A DNA stretch of 64,000 nucleotides from Actinomycetota bacterium. GTDB taxonomy: Bacteria; Actinomycetota; Thermoleophilia; Gaiellales; F1-60-MAGs149. The notes under the pieces are model-generated. The model worked only from the letters and a program-made list of their open reading frames with translations. It had not been told where the DNA came from and searched no databases. The stretch's first letter is position 1. Every line of letters starts with the position of its first letter. The stretch spans positions 92,407 to 156,406 of the forward strand of contig VFJZ01000007.1 in the NCBI GenBank assembly GCA_009885805.1, in the 5' to 3' direction. A program made the translations under genes and the position numbers. Positions 28,433 to 37,072 of the stretch are shown in pieces.

Positions 28433-30178
28433 CTACGCGGCCAGCGCTGCGGCCTCGATCCGTACGTCGTGCTCCAGCGTGCTGGTCCGATGCTCGCTGC
28501 CGCCGATCGAGATCAACACCCCCGGCTGCACGATCGCGGCTTGCAGGACGCTGCCAGCGGCAAGTTCGATCGTCAGTTCCGTGCTCGCACCCGGTTGGAG
28601 CTCGTGGACGACGGCCGTGCCGGACAGCGCCAGCGTGCCGCCACGGAGCACGGAGCCTTGCCCCGTCATCTCGAAGTGCCCGGCGACCCGCAACGACGAG
28701 TCGACGACGCCCTTGCCCGTCACCGTCAGCCGGCCGACAACATCGACCTCGCACTTCTGCAGGAGCCCGACGGTCAGCACCGGCACGGTGGCGGTGAGGT
28801 CGGCGAGGCGTGCAGCCTCCCTCTGGAAGGCCGCAGCGACGCTGGTCAGCGCGTCGATCGGCCGCCGGCCGACGCAGATCTCGTCGTAGTCCTCCCTGGC
28901 ACGGCGCAGTGCGCCGAGGATGTCGACGGGAACGTGGCCGCCGTGCTGGTCGGCCACCGCCTCACACATCCTCCGGTCGAGATTCGGCGCGACGCGGTCA
29001 GCGATCATCGTCAGCCCCCGGAGCGGGTTCAGGGTACGGCCGGCCGATCGGGCGGCGGCGAGAGTGACGCCGAGCCCAAGCTGGAGCCGTGCGACATCAT
29101 CGGCGAGCGCTGGAATCAGGCTCGCCAGGGCGATCAGGGCGGCGTAGCCGTGGCCGCTGCGCAGCGTCGAGTCGAACGAGGCACCGCGAATCTCGAGCGA
29201 GTGCCCCGCTTCGAGCGTCGAGCCGCGAACAGCCTCGCCGATGACGATCGAGCACCTGGCGCGGACGAGGCCATCCTCGACGGACCCGGTCACCTCCACC
29301 GAGCCCGGACTCGACAGGCCGCCGTCCGAGCCCCGCAGGTCTCCCTCGTGGACGCGCGCAGCGACGACGGAGACGACGCCCTCCGCGAGTCGGGCGTGTC
29401 CGTCGAGTGTCGCGAGCAGGCGCCCGTCGGCCTCGAGCGAGACACCGTCACCGACGCGGAGCTCGACCTCCGCCGCGTCGCCCGCTGGCACCAGATGCCC
29501 CGTCACGGTGATGCCATCGGTCCCCCGCCGCGGTCGCGTCACCTGGGCGAGTGCCATCCCCGCCCGGACGAAGCGCTCCGCACCTCCCGCGTCCAGTGTC
29601 AGAAACCGCACCGTCGCGGGCGTCGTGTGCTGCGCCGGCAGCCCCCTCGCGACCGGCGCATCGACGCCGCCGTGGCAGAGCCGCCCCAGCGCATCCGGGC
29701 TGACGCCGTAGACGACGCCTGCAGCATCGAGCGCGTCCTGGAGCTCGGCAACCGTCGCCTCGGGCGCCGGGATCCGTTCGGCGACCAGGCGTCGCAGGAC
29801 GATGGAAGCGTTCGGCGGCTGATCCTCCAGGCGATAGGTCGCTCCCGGGATCCGTTCGACCGACAGCAGCGCCAGCAGCTCGTCTTGCGACACGGTGACC
29901 CGGATCTCGAGCCGCGGCTCGTCGGCGGTCAGCCGGACCTCGACGCTGCGCGCGTCGGTCGCCTCGACCGGGCCGCTCGAGGGTGCGGCGCCGGCGGTCA
30001 CGAGGTCGATCCCGGGCTCGGCGCGGACGACGGCCGGTCGACCTTCACCGGTGGCGGCGGTGATCACGAGCGCGCCGCCGACGACGGCGGCCGTACCGTC
30101 CCGGGTCGGCTCCATCTCCCGCGTATCGGCCGGCGCCTCCGGCTGCTTGATAGGCCGCCCGCGATCCGAACCGGCCAC
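28433..30178 (-). CDS. FapA/DUF342-like protein (flagellar-assembly-protein-A family)
   Basis: The 581-aa protein has DUF342-like organisation. An N-terminal domain is followed by a long beta-helix-like region of G/V/S-rich short repeats (VEVTGSVEDGLVRARCSIVIGEAVRGSTLEAGHSLEIRGAS...), a helical insert and a second repeat region. Confidence 0.55.
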   Translation of the reverse strand: MAGSDRGRPIKQPEAPADTREMEPTRDGTAAVVGGALVITAATGEGRPAVVRAEPGIDLVTAGAAPSSGPVEATDARSVEVRLTADEPRLEIRVTVSQDELLALLSVERIPGATYRLEDQPPNASIVLRRLVAERIPAPEATVAELQDALDAAGVVYGVSPDALGRLCHGGVDAPVARGLPAQHTTPATVRFLTLDAGGAERFVRAGMALAQVTRPRRGTDGITVTGHLVPAGDAAEVELRVGDGVSLEADGRLLATLDGHARLAEGVVSVVAARVHEGDLRGSDGGLSSPGSVEVTGSVEDGLVRARCSIVIGEAVRGSTLEAGHSLEIRGASFDSTLRSGHGYAALIALASLIPALADDVARLQLGLGVTLAAARSAGRTLNPLRGLTMIADRVAPNLDRRMCEAVADQHGGHVPVDILGALRRAREDYDEICVGRRPIDALTSVAAAFQREAARLADLTATVPVLTVGLLQKCEVDVVGRLTVTGKGVVDSSLRVAGHFEMTGQGSVLRGGTLALSGTAVVHELQPGASTELTIELAAGSVLQAAIVQPGVLISIGGSEHRTSTLEHDVRIEAAALAA

Positions 30179-30261
30179 TCGGCACTCTCATGCCGCCAGG
30201 CGGGTCTGCCGATCATCCAGATACGGGACGGCCATGGACGGCAGCCCCAGGAGGTGGAACT

Positions 30262-30525
30262 GTGGACGCGAAGTCGAGTACCGCGGAGATCGAATGCTGG
30301 TTTGCGGGCCGCGTCGAGGAGTTGGCCGGGCTGGAGCGGGAGGCCTGGGACGAGTACCTGACGACGATCCGGGGCGCGCACGACGGTGCCTACGACCAGG
30401 CTGAACCCCTGGCGTGGCGCAGGCTGCGGCGACAGATCGCACAGCTCGCGCACGATCGCCGCCGCGACGAGTTCGAGCGCGACCGCCGGGTTGCCGAAAC
30501 CATCGGCCTGCGGCTCGCCAGCTAA
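30262..30525 (+). CDS. Hypothetical small helical/charged protein
   Basis: GTG 30262 lies ~8 nt after GGAGG. The 87-aa product has a stop that overlaps the next ATG (TAATG). I recognised no family. Confidence 0.4.
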   Translation: MDAKSSTAEIECWFAGRVEELAGLEREAWDEYLTTIRGAHDGAYDQAEPLAWRRLRRQIAQLAHDRRRDEFERDRRVAETIGLRLAS

Positions 30526-31001
30526 TGGAGGTCAGGCTTCTCGACATCGAATCCGCGCCACGCGTGGATGCCTCGTCCCGCGTCTCGCGCCTGCGCCGCC
30601 GCTGCCCGCACGTCGCGGTCGACGGGCGTCTCACGGCGCTCGGCTACCGCTTCTACGCGATGCCTGGTTCCGACGTTCCGTCGTTCTTCTGCAAGCGGTT
30701 CCGGGCCGGTACGGGCGGCGCGGCCCTGACGCTGCTCGCCGGGATCGACCCGCAGACGGGCGAGGCCGTCCTCGACGACTGCCGATCGGCGAGCGAGGCC
30801 GCAACCGAAATCGCGTCGGGCCGCGCCGGCACGTGGCTGCTGCGGGTAACGTACGGAGCGCGGATGGTAGCGCTCGACGAGCTGTGCGGGACGTTCGCCC
30901 ACCGGGAGCCGGCGGCGTTCGCGGCCATCGCCGCGGAGCTCGAGGCGCTCGGGCCGGCACTGCGATCGGCGTGCAGTCTGTGCGTCGGAGACGACACCTG
31001 A
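30525..31001 (+). CDS. Hypothetical protein (158 aa)
   Basis: It is translationally coupled both upstream and downstream (one nt separates its stop from GTG 31003). I recognised no family. Confidence 0.45.
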   Translation: MEVRLLDIESAPRVDASSRVSRLRRRCPHVAVDGRLTALGYRFYAMPGSDVPSFFCKRFRAGTGGAALTLLAGIDPQTGEAVLDDCRSASEAATEIASGRAGTWLLRVTYGARMVALDELCGTFAHREPAAFAAIAAELEALGPALRSACSLCVGDDT

Positions 31002-31002
31002 C

Positions 31003-32397
31003 GTGAGCTCGGCGCCGATGCTCGGCAGGTCTGCGGTCCGTTCGGCGACCGCTCCTCTCCGCTCCCATCGGGTCCTCCGCCTCCGGCAGGGGCACGCGCT
31101 GATCGCGGCGACGTGGTTCGCGGCTCACGAGCTATCGCGCGGTACGACCGTCGCTCGCCTGCTGGTCGCCGCCCTGTATACGGCGATCTGGTACGGCTCG
31201 ATCCGCTGGACGCTGCTGCGGGAGTCGCGGGCCGCGCCGAGCTGGGCCTTCACCGTCGTCAGGGCCGGTCAGGCCGGTCTGTGCGCGGGCGCGATCATCC
31301 TGGCCGCGAACGAGGTGCTCGGCACGGGTGACCCGCTCGCGGCGGAGCTGGGGTCGATCGCGGCGATGACGGCGATGGCGTTCCTCTGGCAGGCGGCGGT
31401 GGCCGGGCACAAGGCCCTCGGCGAGCCGCTGCGCTGCATCATCATCGGCCCGGCGGAGACCGTACGGATGATGGAGGACGAGCGGATCGCGCCCGGTGCG
31501 CACGCCTTCGATCTCGTCGGCTGGATCGACGATCGGGCCGAGCCCGGCGCCCATGAGCCGACCGGGGCTCCGTGCCTCGGTACGCTCGACGACCTCGAGC
31601 GCATCGCCTACGGAGGCGGGGTCGACCTGTTCGTCCTCGGCATGCGCACCGGGCGACCCGCGCTCTACGGTCGACTGTTGGAGCTGACCCATCTCGACGT
31701 CTCGGTGATCGAGTTCGCGCCCTTCTTCGAGCGGACGTTCGGCCGCGTGCCGCTCGAGGGCCTGACGTCGACGTGGTTCATGCACACGATGCATCTGCAT
31801 CGCCGTGACGAGGAGGAGTTCACGAAGCGGGCGATCGACGTCGTCCTCGCGATCGTCGGGCTGGTCGCCGCATCGCCGCTCCTCGTGGTCGCCGCCTGCG
31901 CCGTGCGTCTCCGGGGCGGGCCCGGGCCGGTGATCTTCCGCCAGGTGCGGATCGGCGGGTACGGCCGACGCTTCACGATGCTGAAGTTCCGCTCGATGCG
32001 CAGCGACGTGTCGAATGACGGGCAGACGTGGACGGGCGACGCGGATCCGCGGATCACCGGCGTCGGCCGGGTCCTTCGTCGCTTCCGCATCGACGAGCTG
32101 CCGCAGCTCCTGAACGTCCTCCGCGGCGAGATGACGATCGTCGGGCCCCGGCCGGAGACGCCCGACTACGTCCGCTGGCTCGCCGAGGAGATTCCGTTCT
32201 ACAAGCCCCGCCACTTCGCGAAGCCGGGCATCACTGGCTGGGCCCAGGTCTGCGCCGGGTACGCATCGTCACTCGCCGACACGCGGACGAAGCTCTCCTA
32301 CGACCTGTACTACCTCCGGAATCGCTCGATCTCGCTCGACCTCGCGATCATCCTCCGCACGGTGGCGACGGTGACGTCGGGGAGCGGCGCGAAGTAG
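31003..32397 (+). CDS. Polyprenyl-phosphate glycosyl-1-phosphate transferase (bacterial sugar transferase, WbaP/EpsB-like)
   Basis: An N-terminal TM region and a C-terminal catalytic domain are present. The catalytic domain shows KRAIDVVLA...PVIFRQVRIG..GRRFTMLKFRSM...DPRITGVGRVLRRFRIDELPQLLNVLRGEMTIVGPRP. Confidence 0.8.
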   Translation: MSSAPMLGRSAVRSATAPLRSHRVLRLRQGHALIAATWFAAHELSRGTTVARLLVAALYTAIWYGSIRWTLLRESRAAPSWAFTVVRAGQAGLCAGAIILAANEVLGTGDPLAAELGSIAAMTAMAFLWQAAVAGHKALGEPLRCIIIGPAETVRMMEDERIAPGAHAFDLVGWIDDRAEPGAHEPTGAPCLGTLDDLERIAYGGGVDLFVLGMRTGRPALYGRLLELTHLDVSVIEFAPFFERTFGRVPLEGLTSTWFMHTMHLHRRDEEEFTKRAIDVVLAIVGLVAASPLLVVAACAVRLRGGPGPVIFRQVRIGGYGRRFTMLKFRSMRSDVSNDGQTWTGDADPRITGVGRVLRRFRIDELPQLLNVLRGEMTIVGPRPETPDYVRWLAEEIPFYKPRHFAKPGITGWAQVCAGYASSLADTRTKLSYDLYYLRNRSISLDLAIILRTVATVTSGSGAK

Positions 32398-32415
32398 CCT
32401 GCCGTGAATATGCTC

Positions 32416-32443
32416 TAAAGAACATAAAGACACCTCCCGATAC
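32416..32443 (+). promoter_or_regulatory. Candidate sigma-28 (FliA/SigD-type) promoter upstream of flgB
   Basis: TAAA lies at 32416-32419 and cCCGATAc at 32436-32443. The spacing is one nt longer than the TAAA-N15-GCCGATAA consensus. It sits in an AT-rich patch. Confidence 0.35.
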
Positions 32444-32485
32444 TGGTAGAGCCCGCAGGGACCGCGGGCGGCCAGCAAGTCCACG

Positions 32486-32511
32486 GAAGGACGCCCCACG
32501 GGGCGTCCTTC
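32486..32511 (+). terminator. Strong stem-loop (11-12 bp, GAAGGACGCCC/GGGCGTCCTTC) followed by GTCGTTTCC; either a terminator for the upstream operon or a flgB leader structure
   Basis: The perfect inverted repeat was read directly. It lies 89 nt after the 31003..32397 stop and 22 nt before flgB ATG 32533. Confidence 0.35.
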
Positions 32512-32532
32512 GTCGTTTCCGGGGAGGTGTCC

Positions 32533-32898
32533 ATGGAGCTGTTCGACGTCACGCAGAAAGCGCTCGAGGTCGCGCTGCACGGTACCGAGAAGCGGCAGTC
32601 CGTGATCGCGAACAACCTCGCGAACATCAACACGCCCGGCTTCAAGCGATCGGACGTGGAGTTCGGCGACGCGCTTGCCCAGGCACTCCAGTTCAGCGGC
32701 ACGGCCGAAGCCGTCGGCGCCGTCACCCCGATTGTCAAGACCGATAACGTCTCTTCGATGCGCGTCGACGGCAACAACGTCGACATCGATCGCGAGGCGT
32801 CGTACCTGGCTCAGAACCAGCTGCAGTTCTCCGCTCTCATGTCCGTCACGACCAAGAACCTGCAGACCATGTCCAACATCATCACGGGGGCGCGCTGA
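32533..32898 (+). CDS. flgB: Flagellar basal-body rod protein FlgB
   Basis: It has the rod N-terminal motif SVIANNLANINTPGFKR. GGAGG lies 5 nt upstream of ATG 32533; GTG 32527 is an alternative start. Confidence 0.85.
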   Translation: MELFDVTQKALEVALHGTEKRQSVIANNLANINTPGFKRSDVEFGDALAQALQFSGTAEAVGAVTPIVKTDNVSSMRVDGNNVDIDREASYLAQNQLQFSALMSVTTKNLQTMSNIITGAR

Positions 32899-33356
32899 TG
32901 GGCCTGTTCGATGCGATGAACGTCGCCGCCTCGGGCCTGACCGCCGAGCGCCTGCGGATGGATACGATCGCCGCCAACCTCGCGAACGCGAACTCGACGC
33001 GGCGCGCGGATGGCCAGCCGGGCCCGTACCTGCGGCGCCAGGTGGTGCTCCAGGAGCAGTCGCCGACCGGCATCGGCCAGTCGCCGAGCTTCTCGACGTT
33101 CGGAGACTTCGCCGCGTCGATGACGCCCGGTGGCGTCGCGGTCGCCGCGATCACCGAGCAGACGGATGGCACGGGTCTGATCCACGACCCGTCGCACCCG
33201 GACGCCGACGCGCAGGGCAACGTGCGGACGCCGAACGTGAACGCGGTGATCGAGATGACCGACCTGATCACCGCCACCCGCGCCTACGAGGCGAACACCA
33301 CCGCCCTGAACGCCATCAAGCAGGAGTTCATGCGCGCCCTGGACGTGTTGCGCTGA
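32898..33356 (+). CDS. flgC: Flagellar basal-body rod protein FlgC
   Basis: It shows ASGLTAERLRMDTIAANLANANSTR and the C-terminal motif MTDLITATRAYEANTTA. Confidence 0.9.
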   Translation: MGLFDAMNVAASGLTAERLRMDTIAANLANANSTRRADGQPGPYLRRQVVLQEQSPTGIGQSPSFSTFGDFAASMTPGGVAVAAITEQTDGTGLIHDPSHPDADAQGNVRTPNVNAVIEMTDLITATRAYEANTTALNAIKQEFMRALDVLR

Positions 33357-33679
33357 TGGCTGTCGGACCGATCGCCGGCGTCGGGATCGACGCGATCCAG
33401 TTCTACCGCTCCCTGCCGTCCATCGGCGGGCCGGCCGCCGTCGGCGAGACGCCGGGCGCGCAGTCGTTCGGCGCCCTCATCGCCGACAAGCTCCAGGCCT
33501 CCGCCGCCATCCAGGGCCAGGGGGCGCAGGCCGCGCAGGCTCTCGCCACCGGCCAGGCGAACGACATCTCGGCCGCGACGATCGCCGTCGAGAAGGCCGC
33601 CATCGCACTTCAGCTCACCGCAGCGTTCCGGAACAAGGCCGTCGAGGCCTACCAGGACGTCATGCGGATGCAGATCTGA
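33356..33679 (+). CDS. fliE: Flagellar hook-basal body complex protein FliE
   Basis: ATG 33356 overlaps the flgC stop. The 107-aa product has the C-terminus AIALQLTAAFRNKAVEAYQDVMRMQI, typical of FliE. Confidence 0.8.
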   Translation: MAVGPIAGVGIDAIQFYRSLPSIGGPAAVGETPGAQSFGALIADKLQASAAIQGQGAQAAQALATGQANDISAATIAVEKAAIALQLTAAFRNKAVEAYQDVMRMQI

Positions 33680-33691
33680 CCCGGAGGCTCC

Positions 33692-35290
33692 ATGCAACTT
33701 CTCGGCATCGCAATCGACCGTCTCGGCACCGCCTCCCGCCTGATCGTGGGCCTGATCGCGCTCGCGACGATCGGCGTCATCGCGTACATCGTGATGAGCG
33801 CCGGCGGCGCGGCCTACACGCCGGCCTTCACGAACCTCGACGCCCGCAGCGCCGGCGAGGTGCAGGCGGCGCTCGCGGGGGCCGGCATCCCGACGAAGCT
33901 CGGCGAGGGCGGCGCGACCGTGATGGTGCCGTCGGCGAAGATCAACGAGGCCCGGGTCGTGGCCGGCAAGGCGGGCGTCGGCGGCGGCCGCGCCGACTGG
34001 TCGCTGCTCGACGAGAGCTCCCTGTCGATGACGGACGGCCAGTTCCACTACAAGGTGCAGCGCGTCCGCAGCGACGTGCTGGCGGCGCAGATCGAGAGCA
34101 TCGTCGGCGTCCGGCACGCCACCGTCAACCTGGCGATCCCCGAGCGCAGCATCTTCTCCGTCGACCAGGAGCAGGTGACCGCATCGATCAACATCGACAC
34201 CGGCGGCGGCGCCCTCACCGACACCGCCGTGCGCGGCATCATCTCGCTCGTCTCGAACGGCGTCCCGGGCCTCGTGCCCCAGAACGTCTCCGTCGTCGAC
34301 GAGCAGGGGCGGCCGCTCGCCAGCGCCACGACGTCGATCGGCCTTGCCAGCGCCGACCGCATGACGGCCGAGGCGACGTGGGAGGCGATGCAGTCGGCGA
34401 AGGCGCAGGCGATGCTCGACCGCATGCTCGGTCCCGGGAAGGGGAGCGTGGTCGTCGCCGGCGAGCTCAGCTTCGACGAGGTCACCACCAGCGCGCAGAC
34501 GTTCGGGGAGGACAAGGGCGCGATCCAGTCGGCCGACGAGGTTGAGAAGCTGATCCAGAAGGGCGGCGCGACCGGGGGGACGCCGGCCGGGACGGCCGGG
34601 AACATCCCCGGCGCGGCGACGGCGGCCGGTTCCGCGTCGTCGAGGTACGACCACACGCAGAAGACGGCGACGAACGCCATCGACACGACCCAGACCGAGA
34701 CGAAGACGGTCGGCGGCACGCCGACGCGGATGACGGTATCGGTCGTCGTCGACAAGGCGGCTCTGGCAGCGATCGGCGGCACCGCGCCCGAGCAGACGGT
34801 GGCGGACGCGATCGCGAACAGCGTCGGGCTGGATACGGCTAACGCCGCGAACAAGATCTCGGTGTCGGCGATCGAGAAGCTCCCCAACCCGATCGACGCG
34901 CTCAAGAAAGCGGGTGTCCCGCTGGTCGCGACGGGTGGCACCTCGAGCGCCGACGGGTCGGCGCTCGGCGGGCTCATCCCCGCCCCGTTCGGCGGGCTGC
35001 TGCAGCCCGTCGGGGCCGGTGTCGGCCTGCTGGTGATGCTCTTCCTCGTCCGCAAGTCGCTGGCCCGGCGCCAGGCGCTGCTCGGCGGCACCGACTCCTC
35101 GTGGCTGCCCGCGCTGGAGGCGCCGCCGATCAAGATCGACGACCTGATGCCGGCGCTCGGCGCTCCCAGCGCGGGCGAGATCCACGCCGCGGAGAAGAAG
35201 GCGCTGCAGGGTCGGGTCGAGGAGATCGCCCAGAACCGCCCCTCCGATGTCGCCGCTCAGATGCGCGGCTGGCTGACCGCCAAGGCGTAA
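33692..35290 (+). CDS. fliF: Flagellar M-ring protein FliF
   Basis: The 532-aa protein has an N-terminal TM, a YscJ/FliF domain and a second TM near the C-terminus. It sits between fliE and fliG. Confidence 0.9.
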   Translation: MQLLGIAIDRLGTASRLIVGLIALATIGVIAYIVMSAGGAAYTPAFTNLDARSAGEVQAALAGAGIPTKLGEGGATVMVPSAKINEARVVAGKAGVGGGRADWSLLDESSLSMTDGQFHYKVQRVRSDVLAAQIESIVGVRHATVNLAIPERSIFSVDQEQVTASINIDTGGGALTDTAVRGIISLVSNGVPGLVPQNVSVVDEQGRPLASATTSIGLASADRMTAEATWEAMQSAKAQAMLDRMLGPGKGSVVVAGELSFDEVTTSAQTFGEDKGAIQSADEVEKLIQKGGATGGTPAGTAGNIPGAATAAGSASSRYDHTQKTATNAIDTTQTETKTVGGTPTRMTVSVVVDKAALAAIGGTAPEQTVADAIANSVGLDTANAANKISVSAIEKLPNPIDALKKAGVPLVATGGTSSADGSALGGLIPAPFGGLLQPVGAGVGLLVMLFLVRKSLARRQALLGGTDSSWLPALEAPPIKIDDLMPALGAPSAGEIHAAEKKALQGRVEEIAQNRPSDVAAQMRGWLTAKA

Positions 35291-36346
35291 GTGGCCGACG
35301 CCGCCGCCACCGCCACGGTCGACGAACCCGGGGCAGCGCTGAACCTGTCGCCGCGCCGGAAGGCGGCGATCATGGCGGTCGCGCTCGGCCCGAGCCTATC
35401 CGCCGAGGTGTTCAAGCATCTCGCCCAGGACGAGGTTGACGAACTGGTGCTCGAGATCGCCGTGCTCGAGCAAGTCACGTCCGAGGAGCGCCAGGCAGTG
35501 ATGGAGGAGTTCTACGAGACGGCGCTCGCGCAGGACTTCATTGCGCAGGGCGGTGTCGGCTTCGCCAAGGACATCCTCGAGCGGTCGGTCGGCAGCGACA
35601 AGGCGATCGAGATCATGGGTCGTCTGTCGACATTCATCCACGTCACGCCCTTCGAGTTCCTACGGCGGATCGACCCCGTCCAGGTCTTCAACTTCCTCCA
35701 GCACGAGCACGGCCAGACGATCGCGCTCGTGCTCGCGTACCTGCCGGCCGACGCCGCCGCCCACGTGATGGGGATGTTCCCGCAGGACCTCCAGACCGAG
35801 GTCGCGATGCGCATCGCGGCGATGGACCGGACCGCTCCCGAGGTACTCCGCGAGGTCGAGACGGTGATGGAGCGCAAGCTCTCGAACCTGATCAACCAGG
35901 ACCTCGAAGCCGCTGGCGGGGTCAAGGCACTCGTCGACATCATGAACTTCTCCGACCGCGCGACCGAGCGCAACGTCCTCGAGTTCCTCGACGAGAAGGA
36001 CGCGGAGTTGGCGGACGAGGTGCGGAAGCTGATGTTCGTGTTCGAGGACCTCCTGATCCTGGACGCGAAGGCGATCCAGCAGCTCCTGAAGGAGGTCGAC
36101 ATGAAGGACATCGCGCTCGCCCTCAAGGGGTCGAACGAGGATGTCAAGGCGCTGATCTTCGCCAACATGTCGGCCCGCGCCGGCGCGATGCTGAACGAGG
36201 ACATGGAGTTCATGGGCCCGGTCAAGCGCCGCTCCGTCGAGGAGGCGCAGGGCCGGATCGTCGCGATCGTCCGGCGCCTCGAGGATTCGGGCAAGATCCA
36301 GATCGCGCGTGGCACGCAGGGCGCCGAAGACGAACTCGTGACGTAG
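35291..36346 (+). CDS. fliG: Flagellar motor switch protein FliG
   Basis: FliG motifs are present (KAAIMAVALG, EVRKLMFVFEDL, and a C-terminal torque-helix region). Confidence 0.9.
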   Translation: MADAAATATVDEPGAALNLSPRRKAAIMAVALGPSLSAEVFKHLAQDEVDELVLEIAVLEQVTSEERQAVMEEFYETALAQDFIAQGGVGFAKDILERSVGSDKAIEIMGRLSTFIHVTPFEFLRRIDPVQVFNFLQHEHGQTIALVLAYLPADAAAHVMGMFPQDLQTEVAMRIAAMDRTAPEVLREVETVMERKLSNLINQDLEAAGGVKALVDIMNFSDRATERNVLEFLDEKDAELADEVRKLMFVFEDLLILDAKAIQQLLKEVDMKDIALALKGSNEDVKALIFANMSARAGAMLNEDMEFMGPVKRRSVEEAQGRIVAIVRRLEDSGKIQIARGTQGAEDELVT

Positions 36347-36355
36347 CCGCAGCCC

Positions 36356-37072
36356 GTGCCCGAGAAGCGCATCATCGCCCGTGCGACGGCTGCCGGCTCC
36401 CGCCGGCTGCAGGTCGTGCCGCTCGAGACGCTGGCGGCGCCCGACGACGAGTCCGTCGGCGGGATCGCGACGTCCGCGCCACCGGCGACCGGCCTGAACG
36501 CGTTCCTGGCGACCGCCCAACGGCAGGGCGCGGCACTGGTCGAGGCGGCTCGTGAGCAGGCCGAGCAGATTGCCGCCACCGCCCGCGCCGACGGGTACGA
36601 AGTCGGTCAGCGGGAGGGGCGCGAGCAGGCGCTACGCGAGGTCGCAGATCTGCTGACGTTCGCGGAGGCAGCCGTCCGCGAGGTCGCGGACACGCGGGCA
36701 CGGCTGCTCGACGAATCCGAGACGGCGCTCGTCGCCCTCGCGATCCACGCCGCCGAAAAGATCCTCCACGCGACGCTCGAGGCGGAGCCGGAACGGGTCG
36801 CGGATGTGCTCCGTGGCGCGCTGCGCAAGGCGTACGTCCGCGACCAACTGCAGGTCGTCTGCAATCCCGACGACCTCGCCCTGCTCGAGGCGGCCTCTGA
36901 TGATCTGCGCACCAAGGTGGGCACGCTCAAGCATCTCGAACTGGTCGGTGACCGGCGGATCAGCCGCGGTGGCGTGATGGTGCGGACTCCCGGCGGCGAC
37001 GTCGACGGTCGGCTCGAGACCCAGCTCGACCGTCTGCGGCAGGCGATGCTGCGCGAGGAGAGCGATGCCTGA
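36356..37072 (+). CDS. fliH: Flagellar assembly protein FliH
   Basis: It has a coiled-coil region plus a FliH C-terminal domain (GGVMVRTPGGDVDGRLETQLDRL). It sits between fliG and fliI. Confidence 0.7.
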   Translation: MPEKRIIARATAAGSRRLQVVPLETLAAPDDESVGGIATSAPPATGLNAFLATAQRQGAALVEAAREQAEQIAATARADGYEVGQREGREQALREVADLLTFAEAAVREVADTRARLLDESETALVALAIHAAEKILHATLEAEPERVADVLRGALRKAYVRDQLQVVCNPDDLALLEAASDDLRTKVGTLKHLELVGDRRISRGGVMVRTPGGDVDGRLETQLDRLRQAMLREESDA

